Source: a virus. Taken from it: 64,000 bases of DNA. The DNA is taken from positions 21,253 through 85,252 of IMG/VR virus record IMGVR_UViG_3300021379_000425; one strand, 5' to 3'. Made by a program: the position numbers and the translations under genes. Positions 45,758-55,316 of this stretch are shown here, one piece after another. Each line of letters begins with the position of its first letter. Position 1 is the stretch's first letter. A model generated the notes under the pieces. That model was not told the DNA's origin. It saw only the letters and a list, made by a program, of their open reading frames with translations, and did not search any database.

Positions 45758-47781
45758 AGGTAAGAGTCATCAAGGCGGAAGGTGTACTCGCTTACCTACA
45801 AGATGGTCCTGTTTATCTTAGAAATCCACCAGTTAATGCACTAAGAGCAGAAGGACAGCCGGATGTACCACCATTTGCTCACGATGGACAAGGTAATGTC
45901 TTAGACGGTGAATACAAAGTAGGACCTCATGGAGAGCAAGTGTTTGATGCCGGGTTCGCTCATCACAGACACGGTATAGATTCGGTGGCTCACCATCTTG
46001 GAGAATTTTTGAAAAATAGAGGTTCAAGGGTCAATCCAGTTGATGTAATTAATCATGCTATTGAAGAGTTCAATGATAATCACACAGATGGCGATACACA
46101 TGCATTAGATAATTTTGATTCTCCACAGTGGAGAAAAACGAATGCGAATGTTTTGCCGGGCGGTGATTCTGCATATAATAAAGAAACTAACGCATTTACC
46201 CACACAAGACCTACAAGAACAAACGCTGGTAAAAAGATTACTAACTATACAAATAAAAATTATCAAACTAATCAATTCGGTAGATTCGTAGAATCATATG
46301 CTATTCCTTTCCATGCTGAATTATTGAGAGCGTTAGTAGATATGGGATTCTCAAGAAACGAACTAATGCAAAGTAATCTAAACTTCTTGAAATATCCTTA
46401 TCTTCCAGTAGAAAAAACTGTTCACTCCCTTGACCCCGATAACGAGATTGGTAAAGTTATAAGATTACACAAACCTATTGGTGACTCCACAGTAACAGAT
46501 GAGGCTAGAAGACAATCTCCTACTGATTACTTTGGTGATACTACACCAGTATTCACATACAATACTCTTCATCATTTACCCGACATATTCTTCCATCCCG
46601 ATTTGAAAGAGTCACTAGGTAAAAAGGGTAAAGTACACTCTTGGGACCACAAAGGAGGACTGTACGCACAGGCTGAATCAATTATTAATCAAGCATTAGA
46701 AAGAGGTGTAGAACACATACCTAATGTTGAAGTTACAATCAATGAAGGCACAATGGGCAATCCACAAATGATTACTAGACCACTTAGAGAAATACTAACT
46801 ACACCGGATTTGAAGCGAAGTCTTATCCAAGACATGTCGCATGTACCTGCTATGATGTATCTTTTTGGTAGGAGTAATCAAGGTAATTTCAAGAAACTAG
46901 AAAACTACATGACGCAGAAATTTGGTGGTGAAGAAGACGGTTTATCCTACGAACACCATCTAGGTTATTTCAAAGCCGGTGAAAAGGGTGGAAAGGGTAT
47001 GCACTCTTCCGCAAGAAGAATCATGGCATTGGCTAGAAAGTCCGGTGTCGGAGAGGCTGAGGACAGGAGTAAATTTGGTGAACACACAATTACGCCCGAT
47101 GAACTTCGTGCGGCTGATATGTATTCTAATGAAAATCTAATGGGTCAAGTTGATAGATTCCGAAATGTATTGGAAGCACTAGCAGACCACCAATCTAATG
47201 CAAGAGGATTAGAACCTAGAATGGTATTAGGAGATATTCCTACATCGCCTCTAATTGCTCCGAATGTTGGTAATTTTCCGGCAGTTAACCCCGAAACAGG
47301 GCAATTAGAAACAGGACTTGAACCACATATGGAAGAGTTCCTACATCACCCGCATGAATATGCGCCTACATCAGCATACGACCCTAGTATGTCTGCTCCA
47401 CAACAGAATGTCCTAGCAGGTCAGTTGCCTCCAATTGTCGGTTCTCCAACCTCCGGCGAGTCACTTCCTCAACCTCCTGTTAGGACACCTCAACCTCCTA
47501 TGGGTGCTATGCCAACATCGTACCCACACACAGCAAGACAACAGTTCCAGCAACTAAGACCACAGTTTGCTGGTCTTGACCCAAGACAGTTTAGACAAGT
47601 ATTGGATATTGCTGGTTCAAGAAGAGCAGGTGCGCCTATAACTGATGACCCACTCTCTCCTGTTGAGATGAGAGCGCAACAAGCATTGGCTGACCCAGCG
47701 CAAACATTACTTCCATTCTTTAACAAGAGCAATCCAATCGGCGGTGCTTTTGACCTACTGAAAAGGAGGGGCATATTATGA
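45754..47781 (+). CDS. Hypothetical putative virion protein
   Basis: Starts MKVRVIKA and ends NPIGGAFDLLKRRGIL. Confidence 0.7.
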   Translation: MKVRVIKAEGVLAYLQDGPVYLRNPPVNALRAEGQPDVPPFAHDGQGNVLDGEYKVGPHGEQVFDAGFAHHRHGIDSVAHHLGEFLKNRGSRVNPVDVINHAIEEFNDNHTDGDTHALDNFDSPQWRKTNANVLPGGDSAYNKETNAFTHTRPTRTNAGKKITNYTNKNYQTNQFGRFVESYAIPFHAELLRALVDMGFSRNELMQSNLNFLKYPYLPVEKTVHSLDPDNEIGKVIRLHKPIGDSTVTDEARRQSPTDYFGDTTPVFTYNTLHHLPDIFFHPDLKESLGKKGKVHSWDHKGGLYAQAESIINQALERGVEHIPNVEVTINEGTMGNPQMITRPLREILTTPDLKRSLIQDMSHVPAMMYLFGRSNQGNFKKLENYMTQKFGGEEDGLSYEHHLGYFKAGEKGGKGMHSSARRIMALARKSGVGEAEDRSKFGEHTITPDELRAADMYSNENLMGQVDRFRNVLEALADHQSNARGLEPRMVLGDIPTSPLIAPNVGNFPAVNPETGQLETGLEPHMEEFLHHPHEYAPTSAYDPSMSAPQQNVLAGQLPPIVGSPTSGESLPQPPVRTPQPPMGAMPTSYPHTARQQFQQLRPQFAGLDPRQFRQVLDIAGSRRAGAPITDDPLSPVEMRAQQALADPAQTLLPFFNKSNPIGGAFDLLKRRGIL

Positions 47782-48623
47782 GTAAAATTTTAGTCAAGTC
47801 TAATGGCTTTGGTGGAGTATCATACATGATTGACCCCCGACAAAGGGGCGGTCCAACATTTATGGACTTAGGAAGAAGAGTCCTCGATACTAATTTAGGC
47901 GGTGGACAAAGACTGGGTGCTTTGGCTGGTCTTGCAGGTAAGATAGGGGCTGGTGCAGTAGCCGCTAATCAAGCCGCTTATGGATTACAAGCAGGTAACT
48001 TATCTGCACCGTTTGGTGCAATGGACCAATATGCGGCTCTTGACCCTACAAGGGGAATGAAACTAACTGATGCTGAAAACGAGCGTAGAATGCGAGAACA
48101 AGCGGTAGAACAAGTCGCACAGGAAAGAATGCAAGAACAAGCAAGAAGAGATGCTGAGATAGCGGCACAACCACAGGCTCAACCAGCGGAACAAATAGAC
48201 CTACCAGTATACGCTCGTGGAACAGGGCAAATGCGATTACCAACAAGAGGTAATGTCATGACACCTGTACCTACAACTGCTACACAAGCACCAGTGCCGG
48301 ACCCTTCTATGCCTCCTGCGGAAGCAGTTACTCCACAGGTGCAAAATTTAGGTACGACTATGGGCAATACTGTACAACAACCGTTACCAATTAATTCTAC
48401 ACAGAATACTGCTGGTGTAATACAAGAAAGTGTACATCCCGAACATCACGATAATATTATAGAAGAGGCTGACAGAATAAAGCGTTTAGGCCAAGTTACT
48501 GGTGAAGCACAAAAATCGTATGTAGATATGGTATACGATGAGATGGGTGATATTTTCTACAAGCAATCCGCTGAGGATGTAGCGAATGCGATTACATTTA
48601 CATTCCTAAAACATAGAAGGTGA
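47778..48623 (+). CDS. Hypothetical protein with Gly/Ala hydrophobic segment
   Basis: MSKILVKS start; LGALAGLAGKIGAGAVAA. Confidence 0.65.
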   Translation: MSKILVKSNGFGGVSYMIDPRQRGGPTFMDLGRRVLDTNLGGGQRLGALAGLAGKIGAGAVAANQAAYGLQAGNLSAPFGAMDQYAALDPTRGMKLTDAENERRMREQAVEQVAQERMQEQARRDAEIAAQPQAQPAEQIDLPVYARGTGQMRLPTRGNVMTPVPTTATQAPVPDPSMPPAEAVTPQVQNLGTTMGNTVQQPLPINSTQNTAGVIQESVHPEHHDNIIEEADRIKRLGQVTGEAQKSYVDMVYDEMGDIFYKQSAEDVANAITFTFLKHRR

Positions 48624-48627
48624 ACTT

Positions 48628-50115
48628 ATGACAGACATGAATGAGTTCATCATGGACATGGATAGAAAAATGTCCTCGAAGTCATTCAAGTATTTTTTTA
48701 ATGATATTTTAAAATTCGATTATTCTTATCATCACCAGTGCTGGGATGAGGGGCTGGCTGAGAACAGATACTATTGTGTTAAGGCGAGTCGTGACCACGG
48801 CAAGTCTGTATTCTTCATGTCTTATGCTCTTTGGATAGCGGCTTTTCAGCCGGGTACTCACATCATGATTTTCTCTCACTCTCTTGAGCAGACGCTTGAA
48901 CACATGAGATTCATCCGTAACAACATAGAGGGTACACCTTGTTTGAGGTATTTGATACCGGAAGGTAGACCGTGGAGAAAGACATATTTCGAGTTCAGCA
49001 ACGGAAGCCGTATTATGGCAAAGTCCGTTGGTGGTGGTACTCGTGGATTCCACCCGAATGTTGTTCTGTGTGACGATATTTTGTGGGGTACTACTGGTAC
49101 TGAACTACAAAGAGCCGCAGACTGGTTCTACGGTGTATTGCTTCCTGTACTGCACCACACAGGTAGACTGATGATGGTCGGTACACCTTTCAGTTACAAT
49201 GACCTGTACGCTGAATTAGAGCAGACTGAGACATTCACAGTAGAAACTTACCCCGCAATTAACGCAAACGGTGAAGCATTATGGCCGGAGAGATGGAATC
49301 TTGAGGCACTAGATGAAAGGCGTTTGACTATGCCGGCTATACAATTCTCTCGTGAGTATCTATGCGAGCCTATTCACGATGTAGCAAGTATGTTCCCTAA
49401 TGAACTACTAGAGAAAGCGAGAAACACTGACTTGGTTTTACTTGACAAAGCCGAGGTAGAATACAATGCTGATGGTGAAGTAGCCGGTGTATTCGGTCAA
49501 CACTTCATCGGATGGGATACTGCGATAGCCTCCGACAAAAACGCAGACTTTACGGCCATGACTGTGATGAGGATACCTCCGGGTGAAGGTATTAAACAGA
49601 TAGTGGGAATCGTACACGAGAAGGGGATGGGAAGCCTTGCTCAAAAGAAACAGATACTAATGCTGAACAATCGCTTCCAGCCGGATTTGATTGAACTTGA
49701 AGGTAACAACTTCCAGCGTATGTTTGAAGCAGAATTGGTAGAGATGAGAAACGACATACCAATTAAGACCTTCATGACAACTCGTACTCGTAAAGAGAGC
49801 CTGTTTATGTCACTGCTGATGGCATTTGAACAAGGACAAATACAAACTCCATATGGTGACAAGCGAAGCAAAGAGTTCACACACAAGTTAGAAACTGAAC
49901 TGAACAGATTCGGTATGCAGAAAAACGGCAGACTAGAATCCGTAGGTACGCACGATGACTTGGCGATGAGTCTTGCTTTGGCTAATTGGGCTACTAAAGA
50001 ATTCAAGGGTAGCGTAGTTCTGCTAGATGATGTGCTACCCGGCTTTGATGACTGGATGCGTGGAAAACCACACAGGAGCGAAGCAAGCCTAGCAGATGGT
50101 TGGATGATACCATGA
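48628..50115 (+). CDS. terL: Terminase large subunit
   Basis: ASRDHGKS Walker A, VLCDD Walker B, VGTP, IGWDTA and HDDLAMSLALA nuclease motifs. Confidence 0.93.
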   Translation: MTDMNEFIMDMDRKMSSKSFKYFFNDILKFDYSYHHQCWDEGLAENRYYCVKASRDHGKSVFFMSYALWIAAFQPGTHIMIFSHSLEQTLEHMRFIRNNIEGTPCLRYLIPEGRPWRKTYFEFSNGSRIMAKSVGGGTRGFHPNVVLCDDILWGTTGTELQRAADWFYGVLLPVLHHTGRLMMVGTPFSYNDLYAELEQTETFTVETYPAINANGEALWPERWNLEALDERRLTMPAIQFSREYLCEPIHDVASMFPNELLEKARNTDLVLLDKAEVEYNADGEVAGVFGQHFIGWDTAIASDKNADFTAMTVMRIPPGEGIKQIVGIVHEKGMGSLAQKKQILMLNNRFQPDLIELEGNNFQRMFEAELVEMRNDIPIKTFMTTRTRKESLFMSLLMAFEQGQIQTPYGDKRSKEFTHKLETELNRFGMQKNGRLESVGTHDDLAMSLALANWATKEFKGSVVLLDDVLPGFDDWMRGKPHRSEASLADGWMIP

Positions 50116-50143
50116 TTTATCCGTTTGAAGAGTGGGGATTTTA

Positions 50144-50335
50144 ATGATAAAAAGTTGTGAATGCGGTCATTGCATAGGAATGTCGAGCGCATGGGATTCT
50201 TTAGAGAAGAAACTATGCCCGGAAGGAAAAGCGGCGGCAAAGCGTAAATTCAAGGTATATCCATCAGCATATGCTAATGGATGGGCGGTACAATATTGCC
50301 GAGGTAAGTTTAGGAAGAAGGGGAAGAAGAAATGA
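50144..50335 (+). CDS. Small basic protein (DUF5872-like) with tag
   Basis: MSSAWDSLEKK followed by AKRKFKVYPSAYANGW. Confidence 0.6.
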   Translation: MIKSCECGHCIGMSSAWDSLEKKLCPEGKAAAKRKFKVYPSAYANGWAVQYCRGKFRKKGKKK

Positions 50336-50553
50336 TAGATTTTGAATATGTCATGGCTTTTCTAAAAGCAAAGCGTGACGCTCCTAATTATCGTGAGGCT
50401 TCCGAGGAAGAGATGAAACTCAAGAAAAACTGTGGTACATGTAAGGCATGGGATAGTTCTGCAACGGATGACCCTAAGACTGGTTACTGCAAGTGGTACG
50501 ACTTCAATTGTATGGCTGACCATATTTGTGATGCGTGGGTGAGAAAGGAATGA
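50332..50553 (+). CDS. HiPIP-like 4-Cys protein
   Basis: APNY...CGTCKAW...GYC...CDAW. Confidence 0.55.
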   Translation: MIDFEYVMAFLKAKRDAPNYREASEEEMKLKKNCGTCKAWDSSATDDPKTGYCKWYDFNCMADHICDAWVRKE

Positions 50554-50951
50554 CTGAAAGATGCACCTGCCATGACACTCTTGTAATCAAGAACCTAAAC
50601 CGCTGGTTCAAAGAGAAGTGGGTAGATGTATCTCGCAAGGACAAAGACGGTAAACATCCTCCTTGTGGTAGAAGTAAAGCCAAGACTTCCTCGAAGGGTT
50701 ATCCAAAGTGCAGACCAAGTGTAAAAGTAAGTTCCAAAACACCTAAGACTAGTGGCTCTATGAGCGAAGGTCAAAAGCGAGCCGCTACAAAGCGTAAGCG
50801 AGCAAAGAAACAAGGTGTCGGTGGTAAACCAACGGTGGTGAAAAGTATGAAGAATGATAAGAAAGGTAAGAAGGGAATGGTAATGGTTATCGCTGTTACT
50901 GCTAAACCAAAGAAAGACAAGAAAGTGGCTGTAAAAGGGAAGAAAGATTAA
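50550..50951 (+). CDS. Basic protein (DUF5872-like)
   Basis: LNRWFKEKWVD...PCGRSKA...YPKCRP. Confidence 0.65.
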   Translation: MTERCTCHDTLVIKNLNRWFKEKWVDVSRKDKDGKHPPCGRSKAKTSSKGYPKCRPSVKVSSKTPKTSGSMSEGQKRAATKRKRAKKQGVGGKPTVVKSMKNDKKGKKGMVMVIAVTAKPKKDKKVAVKGKKD

Positions 50952-50976
50952 ATCATAGGTCATTTGAGTGGTCATT

Positions 50977-52263
50977 ATGTGGGGTAGTATGTTAATCGGT
51001 GATGATTACGATACTCCGCTTATTTTTGATGACGAATACTCGGATTTTGTGATTAAAAATCTTAGTCAGCATCCAAACTTCGACCATACTAGTGTACCAA
51101 TTCTCAAGACTGATTTTGTTACAGTAGATGAGATTACTAGTCCAGCGAGCCTCAATGGAGATGGCTTGTTTGAAACAAAGTATGGAAAGAACGCAAACAC
51201 AATCATACGCATGTTTCGTAAGATGAGAAGGCACGATAAAATGAACAAAGCAGAATATGATGCAATAATAGAAGACATTAGAAGCATCAAGGCAATGGAA
51301 ATAGATAGTACAATTAAATCTCTATCGTGGTCTAATGGAATAGAACATGTAATTCGTGGAATAGGTATTGACGATAAGGCATTGAAATCACTACGCAAGT
51401 TCGGTGAATCTCGTAGTACTAGTTTACAAAAAGCATGTCAACAGTTTCTCAAGGCAATCACAGTTTTACAAATGCTCAATGAAAAGTCGGATTGGTCTAC
51501 GGATGACCAGTTAGAGTGGGTAGAGGCTAATCAAATGAAGAAAGATGCACAAAAAATGTGGAGAAACACACTTTCGCAGATTGATACTTTGAACAAACAT
51601 CAGCAAGATTCGCTATACTTCATATCCGATTTATTAGAAAAAGAAGGAGAGATGCAATCTCGTGAGATTCTTAGTAGAGGTAGTGGAGTGTTCAATAAAT
51701 TCATGACAACACAAAAAATATCTGCCCTTCTCAAAATGTATGGAGAAGAAGTTGATGTATACAAAACTGGTAATAGATTTGTAAAAATGGGTTCCAGTGG
51801 TTTGATTATTAAAGACCCAATGGCGTATGCCGCTGGTTTCATAGATGCTGACGGTAGTATTTTTATCAGCGAAAGAGGCGACCCTAGAGTTACTATTGTA
51901 GCCAGTGGAGAGAATGGTAAAAGACACTGTGAAGATTTACAAAAGATGCTTGGATGTGGTAGAATAGTTAGCGACCAAAAACTTGCTAAGAATACTGTCA
52001 AGCCAGTTCACAGACTTATTTTCTCATCAAAAGATTCTATTCGAGAGTTACTAAAAGGAGTTACACCGTTCCTTAGATTAAAGTCTCTACAAGCAAAGGC
52101 TATGTTGTCTTATATTGAAGAAAAAGATTCAATGCGTAAGACCGAGTTGTATCAGTTAGTAACATACAACAATTGGAAAGAACATAAAAGTAAAGCCGAC
52201 TCCCTACTTAATAAGTGGGGAGTTAATGCAGACACGATAGGTGGATACGCTGAGGGATTGTGA
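50977..52263 (+). CDS. Protein with C-terminal LAGLIDADG domain
   Basis: MAYAAGFIDADGSIF...LKGVTPFLRLK. Confidence 0.8.
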   Translation: MWGSMLIGDDYDTPLIFDDEYSDFVIKNLSQHPNFDHTSVPILKTDFVTVDEITSPASLNGDGLFETKYGKNANTIIRMFRKMRRHDKMNKAEYDAIIEDIRSIKAMEIDSTIKSLSWSNGIEHVIRGIGIDDKALKSLRKFGESRSTSLQKACQQFLKAITVLQMLNEKSDWSTDDQLEWVEANQMKKDAQKMWRNTLSQIDTLNKHQQDSLYFISDLLEKEGEMQSREILSRGSGVFNKFMTTQKISALLKMYGEEVDVYKTGNRFVKMGSSGLIIKDPMAYAAGFIDADGSIFISERGDPRVTIVASGENGKRHCEDLQKMLGCGRIVSDQKLAKNTVKPVHRLIFSSKDSIRELLKGVTPFLRLKSLQAKAMLSYIEEKDSMRKTELYQLVTYNNWKEHKSKADSLLNKWGVNADTIGGYAEGL

Positions 52264-53996
52264 TGGCAGAAGAAAGTAGAATTAACCGTTTTTTGTCTAC
52301 CTTAAGTAGACCGTTTAGGAGAAAAGATACTCCTACACCAACCATGCCGTTGTGGACTAGTGGTATTCAAGAACCAGTAATGGCTCAAGGTATCACCATC
52401 CCTGCTCTTTTTGCGGTCAGTAATGAGTCTTTGATTTTGAGAACTATTCTTGCTAAACTAAGACAAGAAATGTTTCGTAGAGGATACCACTGGGAAAAGA
52501 AATTCGCAGTAAAGTGTACACAGTGCGATGAAGAATATCAAAGCGAAGTAGACGAATGTAAAGAATGTGGAGGTCCAGTGAGAAAGCCCGACATTGATGA
52601 ACTTACATATCCTAAGTGGTTATTGAAACAAGAAAACAGCATGGAACAGTCTTTCATCAGTGTGCTAAATGAGATTGAATCCGATTTGAATATTGTAGAC
52701 GATGCATTTTTGATTCTAGTAAAAGAGTATTTTATTGACCCCGAAACCAAAGAAGTTGCTTTCTTTAGAGTCAAAGAAATTATGAGAGGCGACCCAATAT
52801 TCATGCGTATCATCGCTGACAAGCGTGGTGTAAGAGGTGGAAGGTATCGTACATGTTTGATACACCGTGACCAAGTGAAGACACACGCAGAAGACAAGAC
52901 TTGTGAAATATGTGGTGCTGAATTACACGATGTACACTATGCTAACATGGCCGGTAGTGGTAAGACACAATATTTCGTAGAGGGTGAAGTCATACATGTC
53001 AGTAAATACAAACCGTCTAAGTTGTACGGTAGAAGCCCAGTCAATACGATGTGGAGACAAGCCATGACTCTAACTGCGATGGATAATTACATTTACACCG
53101 CATATCAAAAGAGAAGAATGCCGAAAGGTATTGTTTCAGTAACTACCGATAACCTAGAATCAATGAAATCATTTTGGAAGGCAGTTGACGAAAAGATGGA
53201 GCGTGACCCTCACTATGTTCCAAAGGTTGGTATTGAATCCAGTACTGGTCGTGGTGGCGTTAATTGGGTCAAGTTCATGGATACGCTTGAAGAAATGCAG
53301 TATATTGCTGTAAGAGATGAAATACGAAACCGTATGGCGGCATTCTATGGTGTATCTAGTATCTTTATGGTAGACAATGGTAAATCCGGCGGATTGAACA
53401 ATGAGGGTCTGCAAATACTTGTTACCAACAGGGCAGTAGAATTCGGTCAAAAAGTCTACACTCAAGTTCTATTCCCAAGACTTCTAAGGCAGATGAATGT
53501 TGAGGATTGGAAATTGACTCTATATCCAAACGAGGAAGAAGATGAAATTACAAGACTAAGGCGTGATGAACAAGAATTGAATGTAGCACAGCGTATGGCA
53601 CAATTAGGATTCCAACCGGAGTTAGTAGAGGACACCGCTGATAGAGACATTAGATTCGTTTACAGGAAGCCCGAACCACAAGCACAACAAGCCGCACCTC
53701 CGGGTGGCGCACCTCCACCGGGTATGCCTCCGGGTATGCCTCCGGGTATGATGCCTCCAATGCAAGGGGCTGGTCCACAGATGCCTCCACAGATGATGCA
53801 ACAAATCATGCCTCCACCACAACCGGGAGGTCAAGGCATGGGAATACGAAATAGAGGTCCTGCCGCACCACAAAGAAGAGCATCACCCGGTAGCGGTGCG
53901 CCTGTGACTAGTGTACAACAAAGAGGTCCACAGCCATCCATTCAAGAAAGAAATTTAGAAAATATTATGCAATCGAGAAATATTAGAGGCGCATAA
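52263..53996 (+). CDS. Portal protein
   Basis: DLNIVDDAF, EVIHVSKY...LYGRSP, MPKGIV and AAFYGVS motifs; Zn-ribbon inserts; Pro-rich tail; located between TerL and protease. Confidence 0.88.
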   Translation: MAEESRINRFLSTLSRPFRRKDTPTPTMPLWTSGIQEPVMAQGITIPALFAVSNESLILRTILAKLRQEMFRRGYHWEKKFAVKCTQCDEEYQSEVDECKECGGPVRKPDIDELTYPKWLLKQENSMEQSFISVLNEIESDLNIVDDAFLILVKEYFIDPETKEVAFFRVKEIMRGDPIFMRIIADKRGVRGGRYRTCLIHRDQVKTHAEDKTCEICGAELHDVHYANMAGSGKTQYFVEGEVIHVSKYKPSKLYGRSPVNTMWRQAMTLTAMDNYIYTAYQKRRMPKGIVSVTTDNLESMKSFWKAVDEKMERDPHYVPKVGIESSTGRGGVNWVKFMDTLEEMQYIAVRDEIRNRMAAFYGVSSIFMVDNGKSGGLNNEGLQILVTNRAVEFGQKVYTQVLFPRLLRQMNVEDWKLTLYPNEEEDEITRLRRDEQELNVAQRMAQLGFQPELVEDTADRDIRFVYRKPEPQAQQAAPPGGAPPPGMPPGMPPGMMPPMQGAGPQMPPQMMQQIMPPPQPGGQGMGIRNRGPAAPQRRASPGSGAPVTSVQQRGPQPSIQERNLENIMQSRNIRGA

Positions 53997-54041
53997 ATGT
54001 TATTAAATGGATACGGTATGAGATAAGCAGTAGGGATAGAT

Positions 54042-54389
54042 ATGGACTTACTAAAAATGCACCCAATGGCAAGAAAAATGGAACTAGCACAGAAGGCTTT
54101 CCTTACTGCACTAGAAGACGGCGATGCACAAATGGCAAAGCAACAATTGACAGAAGTACAGAAACTCAGCGACTTTTTGGCTGGTGACTTGGAAAACGAA
54201 ATCGCAAAGAGCGATGTAGTTACCCCAGTTGGACCAAGAGACATATTCGCTGGTGGTGTACCAGTCATGAAGTTTGAAGAACCTTCCAATGTGCAGATTG
54301 AATCCGGTAACAGACTTGGATTCATGTCTTCTAACAGATTAGCAAAGAACTACAAGAGAAGTGCTGGTTCATACGGTAGAAGAGTTTGA
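54042..54389 (+). CDS. Hypothetical head-region protein
   Basis: MDLLKM...EIAKS. Confidence 0.65.
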   Translation: MDLLKMHPMARKMELAQKAFLTALEDGDAQMAKQQLTEVQKLSDFLAGDLENEIAKSDVVTPVGPRDIFAGGVPVMKFEEPSNVQIESGNRLGFMSSNRLAKNYKRSAGSYGRRV

Positions 54390-54399
54390 GGTGGACTAC

Positions 54400-54750
54400 A
54401 TGAGTGAAGAACCTAATGCGGCAGATTTAGTCGGCGTTCTTATCACAAAAATGGAGTCTATGGATAACACACTTAACATTCTAAAAGCAGAAAATGAAGC
54501 ATTGAAACAAATGATAAACAACCCAAAATCTCTCATTAAGAAAATGGGTCTTGTTCCTGTTTCTACTCCACTCACTGCTGATTTGACAGTAGACCCATTT
54601 AGAGGTGATGTAGGGCTTGATGATACTATCCTAAAGTCAAGAAATGATTTCTCATCTTTATCTAATGAGCAAGTCCACAGTATGTCATGGGAAGATATTC
54701 ATGAAATGGCTATAACAGCCAAAGAACAAGAAACAGGGGTGAAGCAATGA
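54400..54750 (+). CDS. Coiled-coil head-region protein
   Basis: C-terminus MSWEDIHEMA resembles the protease/scaffold C-terminus MGWDEVHALA. Confidence 0.65.
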   Translation: MSEEPNAADLVGVLITKMESMDNTLNILKAENEALKQMINNPKSLIKKMGLVPVSTPLTADLTVDPFRGDVGLDDTILKSRNDFSSLSNEQVHSMSWEDIHEMAITAKEQETGVKQ

Positions 54751-55316
54751 AACCTAGATTTGAAGAAGCAACTTATTTGAAAAAGGCTCGTGAACTAGCA
54801 CTAAGAATAGACGAATTGGAAAAAGCCAAGAAGAACTGCCCCGAATGTGAGGGTAAAGGCGATGATTGTAAGTGTGATGAAAAATGCCCTTCCTGTGGTG
54901 ATAAAATGGACAAGGGCGGCTGTATGAAGATGGGATGCGGAGGCAAAATGGAAAAAGCCGAGCCGGGATACAAGGCTGAGAAAATAACTAATGTTAATCC
55001 TGCTTTCATGGCTGAATCCGGTGGACAAACCAAGACTGGTTATTTTACCACAAATGGAAAGACTATCGAAACAGAAGATGCTAAGAAAACAAAGAAGGGC
55101 AAGGAAAGTGCTAACATGGAGGCTCTTGCATCTGCACAAAACCCACATGAGGGTGGCGGTGTAGAAAGAGAGATTGCGGCTGGTGGAAAAGAGTTGAAGA
55201 AGTTTAGACCACCTACTATTTGTGAATGTGGTGCTACGCCTAGTACCGGATGTATGAGAGCCGAAACTCTTGGCACAAACATCAAGGCTTGCCCCCAGTT
55301 TAGACCGCTTCAATGA
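54747..55316 (+). CDS. Cys/Lys-rich head-region protein
   Basis: CPECEG...CPSCG; ELEKA and KMEKA. Confidence 0.6.
   Translation: MKPRFEEATYLKKARELALRIDELEKAKKNCPECEGKGDDCKCDEKCPSCGDKMDKGGCMKMGCGGKMEKAEPGYKAEKITNVNPAFMAESGGQTKTGYFTTNGKTIETEDAKKTKKGKESANMEALASAQNPHEGGGVEREIAAGGKELKKFRPPTICECGATPSTGCMRAETLGTNIKACPQFRPLQ

Noticed and set aside
48628-52263. Intein or group I intron in the terminase or LAGLIDADG gene
   Set aside because: TerL is contiguous and normal in size; no Cys/Ser...His-Asn splice motifs flank the LAGLIDADG domain.
53690-53830. CCGGGTATGCCT tandem repeats
   Set aside because: They encode the PPGM low-complexity tail of the portal; not a separate element.
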